Source: an uncultured Planctomycetia bacterium (lineage in GTDB: Bacteria > Omnitrophota > Gorgyraeia > S143-82). From it: a stretch of DNA of 56,841 nucleotides. Position numbers and translations under genes: made by a program. Within the stretch, counting starts at the first letter, position 1, and each line of letters starts with the position of its first letter. The notes under the pieces were generated by a model. That model saw nothing but the letters and a program-made list of their open reading frames with translations. It had not been told where the DNA came from and did no database searches. Below are positions 43,726 to 53,393 of the stretch, piece by piece. The stretch covers positions 76,262 to 133,102 of the forward strand of contig CAYXYY010000030.1 in assembly GCA_964469495.1 (NCBI GenBank), in the 5' to 3' direction.

Positions 43726-45636
43726 TTATTTTTTCCTTATAATAAATAACGTAATATCATCACTCTGCGAAGCATATTCATAAAAAGAATCCATAAAATC
43801 TCCGATAGCGCAATCAGATATGTCTATGTTGGAGATAATCCACTCTTTCAATTCTTCTTCCGAGACAAAGTCTTCGCCAGCCCTTGCTTCAAGAAATCCA
43901 TCCGTAAACAATAAGGCAACATCTCCCTTATTTAACACGAATTCATAGGCGCTATATTTTTCCCACTTATCTATACCCAATGGCTTGTGCGTATTGCCTT
44001 TAACCTCTTCAATAAGGTCCTGTTGCCTTCTATAAATCCATATCCCAGTATGCCCGCAGTCAACTATACGGCAGGGTCCGTCCTCTTTTATCTCTACTAA
44101 ACACGCTGTGGCGTATAATCCGCTTATCTTGTTCTTTGAAAGAAAACGATTCAATTCCGTAATCAATTTTTCAGGATGTTCGGATTCATAATGGGGCCTT
44201 AAAACCCTTTCTGCTGTAATAATGCTTGAAACATATAATGCGGCGCTGGCGCCCTTTCCCGACACATCGCCTAAAAAAACAACAAGACTATCATTAGACT
44301 GCCATGCATCATAAAAATCGCCTGCCACAAAAATAGCCGGCCTAAAAAACACATAAGACTCAATAGAATGTGTTGAAGGCAACAGCTCAGGCAACATCTT
44401 TTTCTGTATCTCAGCGGCAAGGTTCATTTCGTATTCTATTTTTTGCTTCTCCCTCAAACTTACGATATAGATATGCGCGCTAGACAACATAGTAAAAACA
44501 ATAGATGCGGTTAATGAAGAAAACGCCTTTACATAAACACCATTAAGCGCAAATAAAAAAACTATAATAAACGCCGAAAAAAGCGCTGTGGCGCCCCATG
44601 ACAACCACATCTTTTTCATGCTGCTGCGAATCAACAAGGCAGGCAAAGACATAATAAAAAAGAAAATCAAGGAAATATAAAGCGGCATAGTATTGAGAAA
44701 ACGCCCTTTTAATATGGAAGAAATAAGAACGCCGTGCGTCATAACCATAGGGCATCTGGATTCCAATGGCGTTGCAGCCAGATCAGGCGTGCCCAAAGCC
44801 GTCACTCCTATAATACAACATGAGCCTTTTATTTTATTTATCATCTTTTGTTCTTCTTTTGTTAAAGGTTTGTTGTTTTTCTTTCTTAGGTACAACTTAA
44901 TCAAAGCTGAAAAAGGGATCTTGTTAAAAGATTCCTCCCACTTTCCAGGATAGTCCAATAACAACTGATTTTCCTTATCCAAAGGGATGTGCACCTCGTC
45001 AATATCACCCATTCCTCTATCAACAAAATATGACAATTCCTCCCCGTCTTTCAATCGCAACTGCGATAATTTTATATTCAGCATATCCATGCTGGCCAAA
45101 AACGCAATATTGTATATCCTTTTTTTGTTGCCCAAGACCTTGACAATGGGAATTCGTCTTCTTTTTCCATCTATATCCGGTTTAATAAAAATCACTCCCT
45201 TTTTATAAGCGCTTGCCGATAAAACCCCTTGTATTGACCCTTGGGAAAGAGTTGACTCGTCCTTAAAAGACGCGGCCGTTGGCAGATAAACCTTCCCAAA
45301 ATCGTTCATCGCCACAGCAAATTCCTCGTCATATTGCGAAGGTGCTAAAAATAGTATGTCAAAAATCACCCTATCTGCTTGAAACTCTTTCAACGCAGAT
45401 AGAATAACTGCATAATATTTGCGCGGTATAGGCCACTCCGTAATATCTTTTAGCGTTGAATCGTCTATACACACAAACATTATAGGCAGGTTATGCGTAT
45501 CTATGGGATTGAGCCTTGCGCGCAAAAATAACAGTTTGTCGTAGAAAAAAAGCTCGCCGGATTTACTGCCGAAAAATATAACGAAAAACAAGGCCAAAGA
45601 AACCGTCAAAAAAAGGGCGCGTAATTTGTAAAACAT
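43726..45636 (-). CDS. CHASE2 sensor + TM helices + SpoIIE/RsbU-type PP2C phosphatase
   Basis: VCIDD..WPIPR..YA..VIFDILF..DIDGKRRR..IIGVT..HG..S (CHASE2); EMNLAAEIQKKMLP, VAGDFYD, LGDVSGKG, FTDG, DDIT (PP2C). Confidence 0.92.
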   Translation of the reverse strand: MFYKLRALFLTVSLALFFVIFFGSKSGELFFYDKLLFLRARLNPIDTHNLPIMFVCIDDSTLKDITEWPIPRKYYAVILSALKEFQADRVIFDILFLAPSQYDEEFAVAMNDFGKVYLPTAASFKDESTLSQGSIQGVLSASAYKKGVIFIKPDIDGKRRRIPIVKVLGNKKRIYNIAFLASMDMLNIKLSQLRLKDGEELSYFVDRGMGDIDEVHIPLDKENQLLLDYPGKWEESFNKIPFSALIKLYLRKKNNKPLTKEEQKMINKIKGSCCIIGVTALGTPDLAATPLESRCPMVMTHGVLISSILKGRFLNTMPLYISLIFFFIMSLPALLIRSSMKKMWLSWGATALFSAFIIVFLFALNGVYVKAFSSLTASIVFTMLSSAHIYIVSLREKQKIEYEMNLAAEIQKKMLPELLPSTHSIESYVFFRPAIFVAGDFYDAWQSNDSLVVFLGDVSGKGASAALYVSSIITAERVLRPHYESEHPEKLITELNRFLSKNKISGLYATACLVEIKEDGPCRIVDCGHTGIWIYRRQQDLIEEVKGNTHKPLGIDKWEKYSAYEFVLNKGDVALLFTDGFLEARAGEDFVSEEELKEWIISNIDISDCAIGDFMDSFYEYASQSDDITLFIIRKK

Positions 45637-45660
45637 ATCTCCCTCTATATAAAAGACAGA

Positions 45661-46368
45661 TTAGAACTTTTTAATCATTACAATTTCTGCGCCGCCACGG
45701 TCAAATTTTACTTCGTCCATTATATGCCTTATAAGCTTTAATCCCTTGCCTTCGGTGTTCTCGTAATCAAATCCGTCGCCCTCATCCACCATGCGTATCT
45801 CTATGCCGTTTTTATCTGCGGAATATTCTATCAGGACCTCTTTGTCCGGAGAGAACTCATTTCCATGCCGCATGCAGTTAATAACAGCCTCCTCTATTGC
45901 CAATCGCATATCCATCAATAAACTTTCCGGCAGGCGATACCTCTGCAAAACCGATATTAAGCGGCGGCTAACATGCTGAACCTGATCCAAATCACTTGGA
46001 ATCTCAAGACGGCCTTGTTGAATTTCTTCTTCCACGCTTCCCAACAACTGGTCCATATTTGCATATGTCTTAAAAGTATTGTCAAGATGTGTTATATTCA
46101 AAAGCTTCTCCATATACTCTGGGATATTGACGAGGATTAATTCAATCCCTTTTTGGGATATTTTATCCTTTATATCCAACAATGCGCCTAATCCCGAACT
46201 GTCTATGTAAGAGATTTTGCCCGTTTCAAAAACCACCTCTTTTATGCCTTCTTCCGATTCTATACTATCCATTACAATAGCAATAAAAGAGACCTTTTGT
46301 TTTGCAACTAATTCCCCTTCTATGTAAAAAATCAATTTTGTATCTAACCGTTCCTGACGTATATTCAT
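45661..46368 (-). CDS. Fused STAS anti-anti-sigma domain and RsbW-like HATPase_c Ser kinase/anti-sigma domain
   Basis: N-half ISYIDSSGLGAL (STAS phospho-Ser loop); C-half LAIEEAVINCMRHGN, MVDEGDGFD, GKGLKLIRHIMDEV. Confidence 0.88.
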   Translation of the reverse strand: MNIRQERLDTKLIFYIEGELVAKQKVSFIAIVMDSIESEEGIKEVVFETGKISYIDSSGLGALLDIKDKISQKGIELILVNIPEYMEKLLNITHLDNTFKTYANMDQLLGSVEEEIQQGRLEIPSDLDQVQHVSRRLISVLQRYRLPESLLMDMRLAIEEAVINCMRHGNEFSPDKEVLIEYSADKNGIEIRMVDEGDGFDYENTEGKGLKLIRHIMDEVKFDRGGAEIVMIKKF

Positions 46369-47279
46369 TTGGCCGCTCCTATAGAAATCATTTTATTTAA
46401 CGCATCCTGCGATTTTGAGATTATCTCTTCACTTAAAACAACCTCGTAAATCTCCTCTCCCAGCGCCCTTATTACAGAGTCAAGTGTCGTAAGTTTCATC
46501 GTAGAACAGACAGCATCTTGAGAAACAGGATAAAACTTCTTTGAAGGCATCTCGTTAGAAAGCCTGTAAACCATCTCCTTTTCCGTGGCTATAATAAATT
46601 CATCCACATCCTCCTGCCTTGCAATCCTAATCATACCGGAGGTTGACCCGACATAATCAGCTATATCCAAAACGTCTTCTCTGCATTCAGGATGGGCTAT
46701 CACTTTGGCATTGGGATATAATTTTTTCATACCGATAATATCTTCTGTTTTTATGTTTTCATGGACATCGCAATATCCGCTTCCCCAAGTAAAAATATTA
46801 TTGCGGCCTGTTTCCTTAATAACATACCTTGCCAGATTTCTATCCGGGATAAAAACAACCTCCCTATCTTCAGGAATCGAGCTTACCACATTCACAGCGT
46901 TTGCAGACGTGCAACACACGTCCACGTTCGCCTTGACAGCCGCATAACTGTTCACGTAGGCAACAAACACAGCATTTGGATGTTGATTCCTCAACGTCTC
47001 CAGATCCGATTCCGTTATCGTATCGGCGAGAAAACATCCTGCATCTTTTTCCGGAATCAAGACTTTGGATTTAGGAGACAAGATCTTTGCTGTTTCCGCC
47101 ATAAAACGCACACCGCAAAACACAATAACATCAGCGCCAGAGTTTGCCGCAATTCTGCTTAATTCCAATGAATCACCTATAACATCGGCTATATCCTGAA
47201 TCTCAGGCAACTGATAATTATGAGCCAAAATTATGGCGTTTTTTTGTTTTTTTAATTTTGATATCTTTTCTTTTAACAT
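46365..47279 (-). CDS. nadA: Quinolinate synthase
   Basis: LAHNYQ, GDSLEL, FCGVRFMAETAK, AGCFLA, YVNS, CTSAN, HPEC, C..MK. Confidence 0.96.
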   Translation of the reverse strand: MLKEKISKLKKQKNAIILAHNYQLPEIQDIADVIGDSLELSRIAANSGADVIVFCGVRFMAETAKILSPKSKVLIPEKDAGCFLADTITESDLETLRNQHPNAVFVAYVNSYAAVKANVDVCCTSANAVNVVSSIPEDREVVFIPDRNLARYVIKETGRNNIFTWGSGYCDVHENIKTEDIIGMKKLYPNAKVIAHPECREDVLDIADYVGSTSGMIRIARQEDVDEFIIATEKEMVYRLSNEMPSKKFYPVSQDAVCSTMKLTTLDSVIRALGEEIYEVVLSEEIISKSQDALNKMISIGAAK

Positions 47280-48316
47280 TATAGCAAAATACCTCCGCCT
47301 ATTACCCGATTTTCAGCATACAAAACAATGGCTTGGCCCGGAGCAGGGGCAAAGGCCTTTGACTTAAAAGATACCTCAGCTACAGAGCCATTGCAAGCGC
47401 TTAAATGCTCTACATCGAGTTTCCCTTGATTATATCTAATTTTCGCCTTAAACACAACGCCCGTGTTAGATTCTATAAGTTCGGGCGGTGTTTTCAATTC
47501 GAACCGCACTTCTTTTTTCATGGCAAAATCCCTGGGGCCGACAAAGATGGCGTTTTTATCCCTATCTATGCGATATACATACCATGGCCCTTTTGCTTTC
47601 ACAGAAATCCCTTCTCTCTGGCCTATTGTATAATTCCACAGGCCGTTGTGTTTTCCTATCTCTTCGCCTTTGTGATTATATATCGGGCCTGTGTTGTTTC
47701 TGTTTTTAAACAATGTTTTTCTGTAATTTCTCTTAACAAAGCACAAATCCTGACTCTCTTTGCGACGAAATTCCGGGAAATAATCCTTTAGTTTCTTTAA
47801 GACATCTGTTTTCAAGACATCTGCCAAAGGAAAAATAATCCTCTCCAAATCCATGTTAAGCAATTCATATAAAAAATAACTCTGATCCTTTTTTAGATCC
47901 TGTGCCTGACAAAGGAAATAGCCGTTATCTGTTTTTTTGACGGTAGCATAGTGTCCCGTTGCAATAAGATGAACACCCAATGAGTCGGCCTTTTTAAACA
48001 AAAATCGAAATTTCACGTCAGGATTGCAGAAAGTACATGGATTGGGCGTTTTGCCGTTTAAATAAAAATTCTTTGTCTTCTCAATTACGCTGTCTTCAAA
48101 TTCCTTTTTTACATCAACCACATTCAACTCAACCCCCAACCTATCACATATTTTATGCGCATCGGATATAGCGCTTTCATTAAATCCTGTATTAAGGAAG
48201 AGGGCAACAGGAGAATATCCATGTTCTTTCAATTTGATAAGGGCATAAGTGGAATCAATGCCGGAACTAATCCCGACCAAAACCTTTTTACTCTGTTTTA
48301 TAGAGGCGCGATTCAA
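47279..48316 (-). CDS. mnmA: tRNA-specific 2-thiouridylase MnmA
   Basis: [59 protein letters not shown]. Confidence 0.93.
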   Translation of the reverse strand: MNRASIKQSKKVLVGISSGIDSTYALIKLKEHGYSPVALFLNTGFNESAISDAHKICDRLGVELNVVDVKKEFEDSVIEKTKNFYLNGKTPNPCTFCNPDVKFRFLFKKADSLGVHLIATGHYATVKKTDNGYFLCQAQDLKKDQSYFLYELLNMDLERIIFPLADVLKTDVLKKLKDYFPEFRRKESQDLCFVKRNYRKTLFKNRNNTGPIYNHKGEEIGKHNGLWNYTIGQREGISVKAKGPWYVYRIDRDKNAIFVGPRDFAMKKEVRFELKTPPELIESNTGVVFKAKIRYNQGKLDVEHLSACNGSVAEVSFKSKAFAPAPGQAIVLYAENRVIGGGILL

Positions 48317-48950
48317 GATCCTTTATCCTCTCTTCAAGCAAGTGTTGTTCGCGCATAATAACCTTTAAACTCTCTGCAACAGGGTCAGGAAGACGGCCGT
48401 GTTCCAAATCTATCTCCAACTGCCTCTTTGCGCTTTTTGCGTCTTGAACAATTCGCCCGGGAACGCCCACAACAGTAGCTCCGGCAGGGACATCTTTGAT
48501 AACAACTGAACCAGATCCTATTTTCGCCTTTGACCCAACGGTAATATTGCCCAAAACAACGGCGCCTGCTCCTATAACCACATGCTCTTCAATCGTCGGA
48601 TGGCGCTTGGTTTTTTCCTTGCTGGTACCACCAAGAACAACACCTTGATAGATCAAGACATCGTCTCCAACAACCGCAGTTTCGCCTATGACAACTCCCA
48701 TACCATGGTCAATGAATACACGCCGCCCGATTTGCGCGCCCGGATGAATCTCTATACCTGTTAAAAACCTGTTTATATGCGAAATAAATCTTGCCAACAA
48801 TCTCAAACGCGCGTTCCAAAAAAAATGCGCAATCCTGTGCATCCATATAGCATGAAGCCCGGGATAACACAACAGGATTTCCAAAAGACTGCGAGCAGCT
48901 GGATCGTCGCGAAAAACGGTCCTTATGTCTTCCCTAATCCGATTAAACAG
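48288..48950 (-). CDS. cysE: Serine O-acetyltransferase, apparently starting at CTG
   Basis: Conserved N-terminus (L/M)[35 protein letters not shown] starts at CTG 48950; [33 protein letters not shown]. Confidence 0.9.
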   Translation of the reverse strand: MFNRIREDIRTVFRDDPAARSLLEILLCYPGLHAIWMHRIAHFFWNARLRLLARFISHINRFLTGIEIHPGAQIGRRVFIDHGMGVVIGETAVVGDDVLIYQGVVLGGTSKEKTKRHPTIEEHVVIGAGAVVLGNITVGSKAKIGSGSVVIKDVPAGATVVGVPGRIVQDAKSAKRQLEIDLEHGRLPDPVAESLKVIMREQHLLEERIKDLESRLYKTE

Positions 48951-49173
48951 CTACGACCTCCTTTATCTCAGGCAATACCCTTTTAAGAGAATCTTCCACT
49001 CCCATTTTCAACGTCATTGTTGAAAAAGGACACGACCCGCATGCGCCCAACAACCTTACTTTAACAATACCGCCGTCTTCTATCTCTATTAATTCTATAT
49101 CCCCGCCGTCCATTCTCAATGCCGGCCTTATCTGTTCTTCGATAACCTTCTCCACTTGCTCATGTAAAGACAT
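48943..49173 (-). CDS. NifU C-terminal/NfuA-like Fe-S carrier (76 aa)
   Basis: [36 protein letters not shown]; SD AGGAGG before the ATG at 49173. Confidence 0.92.
   Translation of the reverse strand: MSLHEQVEKVIEEQIRPALRMDGGDIELIEIEDGGIVKVRLLGACGSCPFSTMTLKMGVEDSLKRVLPEIKEVVAV
48957..48962 (-). promoter_or_regulatory. Shine-Dalgarno AGGAGG for the cysE CTG start
   Basis: AGGAGG-tcgtag-CTG, 6-nt spacer, inside the 3' end of the NfuA-like gene. Confidence 0.75.
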
Positions 49174-49267
49174 ACCAACCTCCTGATTTTTTAAACCAAC
49201 TATACGTATTAAAGCAAGATATATTAAACCCAAAAGCAATCACTGCCAAGAATAAAATTCATGCGGC

Positions 49268-50254
49268 CTATCTTACAAAATACAAGACAAAAAGCCACCC
49301 TATATACATAGACCCTATAATCAAACTGGACAATCCAATAGAAAAAAACTTTCTTGGGGACTTATTTACTGCAAATATCAAGAATACGGCGCTCATGGCC
49401 ACTATCGTACATACACTAAAAACCTGAACTAAGCTTGCGGATAAAATAGAGGCCTTGCCAAAAAGATCTGCGAAAAACACGATAATCTCATTGAACATAT
49501 TGCTGCCAAAGACGTTGCCAACAGCCATATCAATTGCGCCCAACCGCACAGCTGAAATAGTAACACTCATCTCTGGCAAGGACGTTGCCATTCCAAGCAA
49601 AACACTGCCAGCTAAAGTCCCTCCTAATTCAACGCCGCCAACTTGCAGATGGGAAATCTTATCGCATACAATAGAGATAAGAATGCCCGCTATAATAATA
49701 GCGGCTGAATATACGGCGACTTTAATCCACAAAAGGCGCACGTCTCCGTCCTGTTTTTGGTTCTCTCCCGCAGAATTATCATCCTCTTTTTTCCACGTAT
49801 AATAGAGCAAAAATATGTACGTACCTAAAAGCACCCAATCAATAAGGGGCATGCCCAAGACAGGCATGTATATATTCATCGCTGCCAAGACCATGCCTAA
49901 TCCAAGCAAACCTAACATAAGCAAACTGCCCAGTCCGCTGGCAATGGATTTAATCGAAACATCTTTTGTTAAAACAGAACCTAATAAAAACACATCCGCC
50001 CAGAAGAGCATTGTCAAATTAAAGACATTTGAGCCCAAAATATTCCCCAAAGACAAATCAGTATTGCCAATCACAGCCGCTGTTGTCGTCGCAAATAATT
50101 CAGGAGAAGACGTTATCAATGCCAACAAAAACACTCCTAAAAAACCCCTGCCTATACCTGTTTCGTCCGAGAGTTTGTCAACAGTTTTAGTAAGCTTAAC
50201 ACCTGAAAAGCATATAATCGCCGATAAGAGAACAAAATACAATACCAGCCACAT
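49268..50254 (-). CDS. Sodium:calcium (CaCA family) antiporter
   Basis: Two alpha repeats: ALITSSPEL..GNILGSNVFN and GMATSLPE..GNVFGSNMFN; about 10 TM helices. Confidence 0.9.
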   Translation of the reverse strand: MWLVLYFVLLSAIICFSGVKLTKTVDKLSDETGIGRGFLGVFLLALITSSPELFATTTAAVIGNTDLSLGNILGSNVFNLTMLFWADVFLLGSVLTKDVSIKSIASGLGSLLMLGLLGLGMVLAAMNIYMPVLGMPLIDWVLLGTYIFLLYYTWKKEDDNSAGENQKQDGDVRLLWIKVAVYSAAIIIAGILISIVCDKISHLQVGGVELGGTLAGSVLLGMATSLPEMSVTISAVRLGAIDMAVGNVFGSNMFNEIIVFFADLFGKASILSASLVQVFSVCTIVAMSAVFLIFAVNKSPRKFFSIGLSSLIIGSMYIGWLFVLYFVR

Positions 50255-50255
50255 A

Positions 50256-51416
50256 TTACCTCCTCTCCAAAAGCGCCACAGTCTCTATATGAGGCGTATG
50301 GGGGAACATATCAACCGATTCGAAAGCGATTATCTCATACGTTCGAGAAAAAACATTTACATCTTCCATAAATGTAATCGGATTGCACGATACATACAAG
50401 AGATATTTTGTATTTAGACGCTCAATCCTGTCTCTTACCTTTGGGACAAGCCCGCTTCTGGGAGGATCAACAAGAACCAAATCAAACTTATCTATCCAAT
50501 CTTTTTTCACACCAAGCACAGCCCTTACGTTTCCCTGAACAATAGAATAACTCTTTATACCGTTCATCTCTGCATTTAACTGCGCATCTCTGCATGCCTG
50601 TTCGTTTAACTCAACTCCTAAAACAGTATATCCCTGTTTTGCAAGCACAAGACCTATACCTCCTGAACCGCTGTATAGATCCAAAATCTTGCCCGATGAA
50701 ATGTGTTCTTTGACGAAATCCACGGCAATAGAATACAGAATATCAACGGCGTATGGGTTTACCTGAAAAAAGGTTTTTAACCCTATCAAAAACCTCACGC
50801 TTTCTACTATCTCCTCTATCTCTGTTATTCCTGAAAGGTGTCTTACCTGTCCAAAACCAACGGCATCTCCTAATCCGTCGTGTATTATCAAAAAAACGCC
50901 TTTTATTTCCTCAAATTCACTTGCAAATCTAATAAAACTATCCGTATCTAATTCTCCTTGAGAAGAGACAACCAAGGCCAACAACATATCGCCTGCCCTA
51001 TTTTTTCTTAAAACCACATAACGGAAAAACCCCGTATGCTTATACTTATCATATGCCGGCAGGCCTGTGCCTTGGGCAAATTCCTTCATTTTCGGCAAAA
51101 AGGTTTCCAAAAACTCGTCGTATAATCTGCATTCCTCTAAATCTATAATTTCTCTATTATTCCCCCTCGGATGAAAACCCAACGCTATATTTCCTCCATC
51201 TAAAGGGAAAAAACTCATTTCTATTTTATTGCGATAATAGAACTCTCTGGGAGACGGCCTTAAAGAAAAAGGGGGCAGATTAACCCCTCTTTTTTTTGCC
51301 TGCTTTAAAATAAGTTCTCTTTTTAATTGTAATTGCTGACTATAAGGCACGTCTTGCAAAGCGCAGCCGCCACACTTCCCAAAATGCTTGCACAAATCAA
51401 GTTCCCGCATACCCAA
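50256..51416 (-). CDS. rlmD: 23S rRNA (uracil-5)-methyltransferase, RlmD/TrmA family, no TRAM domain
   Basis: CKHFGKCGGCALQ, YYRNK, TFFQVN, LDLYSGSG, DPPRSG, YVSCNP, DMFPHTPHIE. Confidence 0.88.
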   Translation of the reverse strand: MGMRELDLCKHFGKCGGCALQDVPYSQQLQLKRELILKQAKKRGVNLPPFSLRPSPREFYYRNKIEMSFFPLDGGNIALGFHPRGNNREIIDLEECRLYDEFLETFLPKMKEFAQGTGLPAYDKYKHTGFFRYVVLRKNRAGDMLLALVVSSQGELDTDSFIRFASEFEEIKGVFLIIHDGLGDAVGFGQVRHLSGITEIEEIVESVRFLIGLKTFFQVNPYAVDILYSIAVDFVKEHISSGKILDLYSGSGGIGLVLAKQGYTVLGVELNEQACRDAQLNAEMNGIKSYSIVQGNVRAVLGVKKDWIDKFDLVLVDPPRSGLVPKVRDRIERLNTKYLLYVSCNPITFMEDVNVFSRTYEIIAFESVDMFPHTPHIETVALLERR

Positions 51417-52269
51417 GCCTTTCCATAATAGAGGGCTCCTTTGCCCAATTTTTGACAGAAACCCACAAGTCTAAAAATATCTTTTTGCCCAAAAAGGACT
51501 TCAACTCCTTGCGCGCCAGCTTACCAGCCTCTTTTATCAAACGGCCCTGTTTCCCGATAACAACCTGTTTGTGCGTCTCTTTTGCAACCAAAATAAGGGC
51601 CTTTATGTACAATAGGCCTTCTCTTTCCTCCATTTGTTCCACAACCACGGCCAAGCCATGTGGTATTTCATCTTTTAAATGCCATAAAAATTTCTCGCGA
51701 ATTACTTCCGCAACAAACAACTCAAGGGGCAAATCACTCTTCATATTTTGCGGAACAAGAGGCCTTTCAACCTCAGGAAGCAATTCGAAAAGCGACGACA
51801 ACAATTCATCAACACCCTCATTTCTAATAGCAGAAACCGGCACAAAAAATTTAGCGATAGCGCTTAACTCCCTGACATAGGAATCAACGTATCCTTTTCC
51901 TAAATCTTTTTTATTCATGGCAACGACAATTGGAACACTTACTTGAGAAAGTGTATCTATAATAAAACGCTCTTCCTTGCCAATCTTATCTTGCAGATCA
52001 ACCACATACAATACGACGTCAGCGTCATTCAAACTGGCAACTGCCGCGCTGGAAAATTGTCTGGACAAAAGCCCCCTTAATAAATTTATACCGGGAGTAT
52101 CCAAAAACACGATCTGGCCTTGTTCTCCTGAATACACACCCTTAATCCTATTGCGGGTCGTCTGCGGCACATCGGAAACAATAGAGACCTTTTGGCCAAT
52201 AACGGCATTAAGAAGGGTTGATTTTCCAACATTACACCTGCCTATGATCGCAACTATACCAGCTTTCAT
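51397..52269 (-). CDS. era: GTPase Era
   Basis: GRCNVGKSTLLN, PQTTR, DTPG, NKKD, KH domain (EIPH..VIGKQG). Confidence 0.96.
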   Translation of the reverse strand: MKAGIVAIIGRCNVGKSTLLNAVIGQKVSIVSDVPQTTRNRIKGVYSGEQGQIVFLDTPGINLLRGLLSRQFSSAAVASLNDADVVLYVVDLQDKIGKEERFIIDTLSQVSVPIVVAMNKKDLGKGYVDSYVRELSAIAKFFVPVSAIRNEGVDELLSSLFELLPEVERPLVPQNMKSDLPLELFVAEVIREKFLWHLKDEIPHGLAVVVEQMEEREGLLYIKALILVAKETHKQVVIGKQGRLIKEAGKLARKELKSFLGKKIFLDLWVSVKNWAKEPSIMERLGYAGT

Positions 52270-52805
52270 TATAATAATTCTTCCTTCGTAAATAAGGAAA
52301 ACAAATCAAGACCTATCTCTTTCAAGGCATCGTCGGCGCCTTCCTGCCTGTTTACGACAACCAAGGCATTCTGTACGACAAAACCCTCATCCCTGAGGAC
52401 ATTTGATGCCTTTATAATAGAACCTCCACTCGTTGCAACATCGTCAACAACCAGAACCTGCTCGCCATCCTTAACATCCGGCCCTTCTATCTGCATGCGT
52501 TTGCCATGGGATTTAGGCTCTTTTCTGACCAAAAGGCCTTTAACAGGCCAGTTCTTGCCGCGCGACACGGCAGCAGCGCTTCCAACAATAGGATCAGCCC
52601 CTAAAGAGAGCCCCGCAACAACATGAACCCCCAATTCCTTCATCTTTTCCACGACTAAATCACCAATAATCCCTGCGGCCCTGCCGTCTAAAGTAATCTT
52701 TCGCGCATCAATATAAAAATCACTCTTCTTGCCGGAAGACAGGATAACCTCTCCTTTTTCAACGACGTTCAACAATAAATCCCTTAACTCATCCTTATCA
52801 CTCAT
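52269..52805 (-). CDS. pyrE: Orotate phosphoribosyltransferase
   Basis: LSSGKKSDFYIDAR, RKEPKSHG, PRPP loop LVVDDVATSGGS. Confidence 0.94.
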   Translation of the reverse strand: MSDKDELRDLLLNVVEKGEVILSSGKKSDFYIDARKITLDGRAAGIIGDLVVEKMKELGVHVVAGLSLGADPIVGSAAAVSRGKNWPVKGLLVRKEPKSHGKRMQIEGPDVKDGEQVLVVDDVATSGGSIIKASNVLRDEGFVVQNALVVVNRQEGADDALKEIGLDLFSLFTKEELL

Positions 52806-53382
52806 TCGTCTTCCTCTCTATCTGAGACAACACCTGCATAGCAAAATCCCTTGCAGCAGAAGGCCCGGAACCGGTAATCAAATTCCCGTCTTCCGACACA
52901 GGAGCTCCCGTATACCTTGCCCCTTTTTCCTGTATTTGTTGTGATGCGCCCTTCCATACAGTTGCTTCTTTGCCATCAAGCAGGCCGGCATTGGCCAGAA
53001 TAACCGGTGCAAGACAAATAGCTGAAGTTATCTTTCCGCTATCATACGCCTTTTGAACCAGAGAGCGAACCTCTTCATCTTCAAAGTAAACGGTTGACCC
53101 GCTGCCTCCAACCAAAACAACGGCCACGTAATCATCTATATTCACCTCTGCAATCGTAATATCGGGAACGACCTCAGCCCCCAGCATCCCAACGCACTTA
53201 TCTCTTACCTTTGAGGCTACGACGACTTCATATCCAGCCTTTTCAAATTCGGATTTCGGGACTAAAAGCTCTTCATCGCGAAAATCCTTCGGCGCGATAA
53301 TCATTAAAATTTTACCCTTTGCGGCGAATGCTCTACTGCCGGCAATGGCCAACAACAAAAACAATATTACGGCAAACTTCAT
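52798..53382 (-). CDS. DJ-1/PfpI family protein with N-terminal signal peptide
   Basis: MKFAVILFLLLAIAGSRAFA signal; FRDEE, VGGSG, nucleophile elbow AICLAP, DGNLITGSGP; SD AAGGAGG. Confidence 0.88.
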   Translation of the reverse strand: MKFAVILFLLLAIAGSRAFAAKGKILMIIAPKDFRDEELLVPKSEFEKAGYEVVVASKVRDKCVGMLGAEVVPDITIAEVNIDDYVAVVLVGGSGSTVYFEDEEVRSLVQKAYDSGKITSAICLAPVILANAGLLDGKEATVWKGASQQIQEKGARYTGAPVSEDGNLITGSGPSAARDFAMQVLSQIERKTNE

Positions 53383-53393
53383 AACACCCTCCT

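Noticed and set aside
48884-48962. NfuA-CysE fusion by frameshift or readthrough, or a cysE pseudogene
   Set aside because: No slippery sequence is evident, NfuA ends normally, and a perfect SD at the right spacing explains independent CTG initiation more simply.
51262-51300. Terminator-like GC run plus T tract, similar to the terminator at 12786-12818
   Set aside because: It lies inside the rlmD coding sequence, pairs poorly and is best explained by codons.
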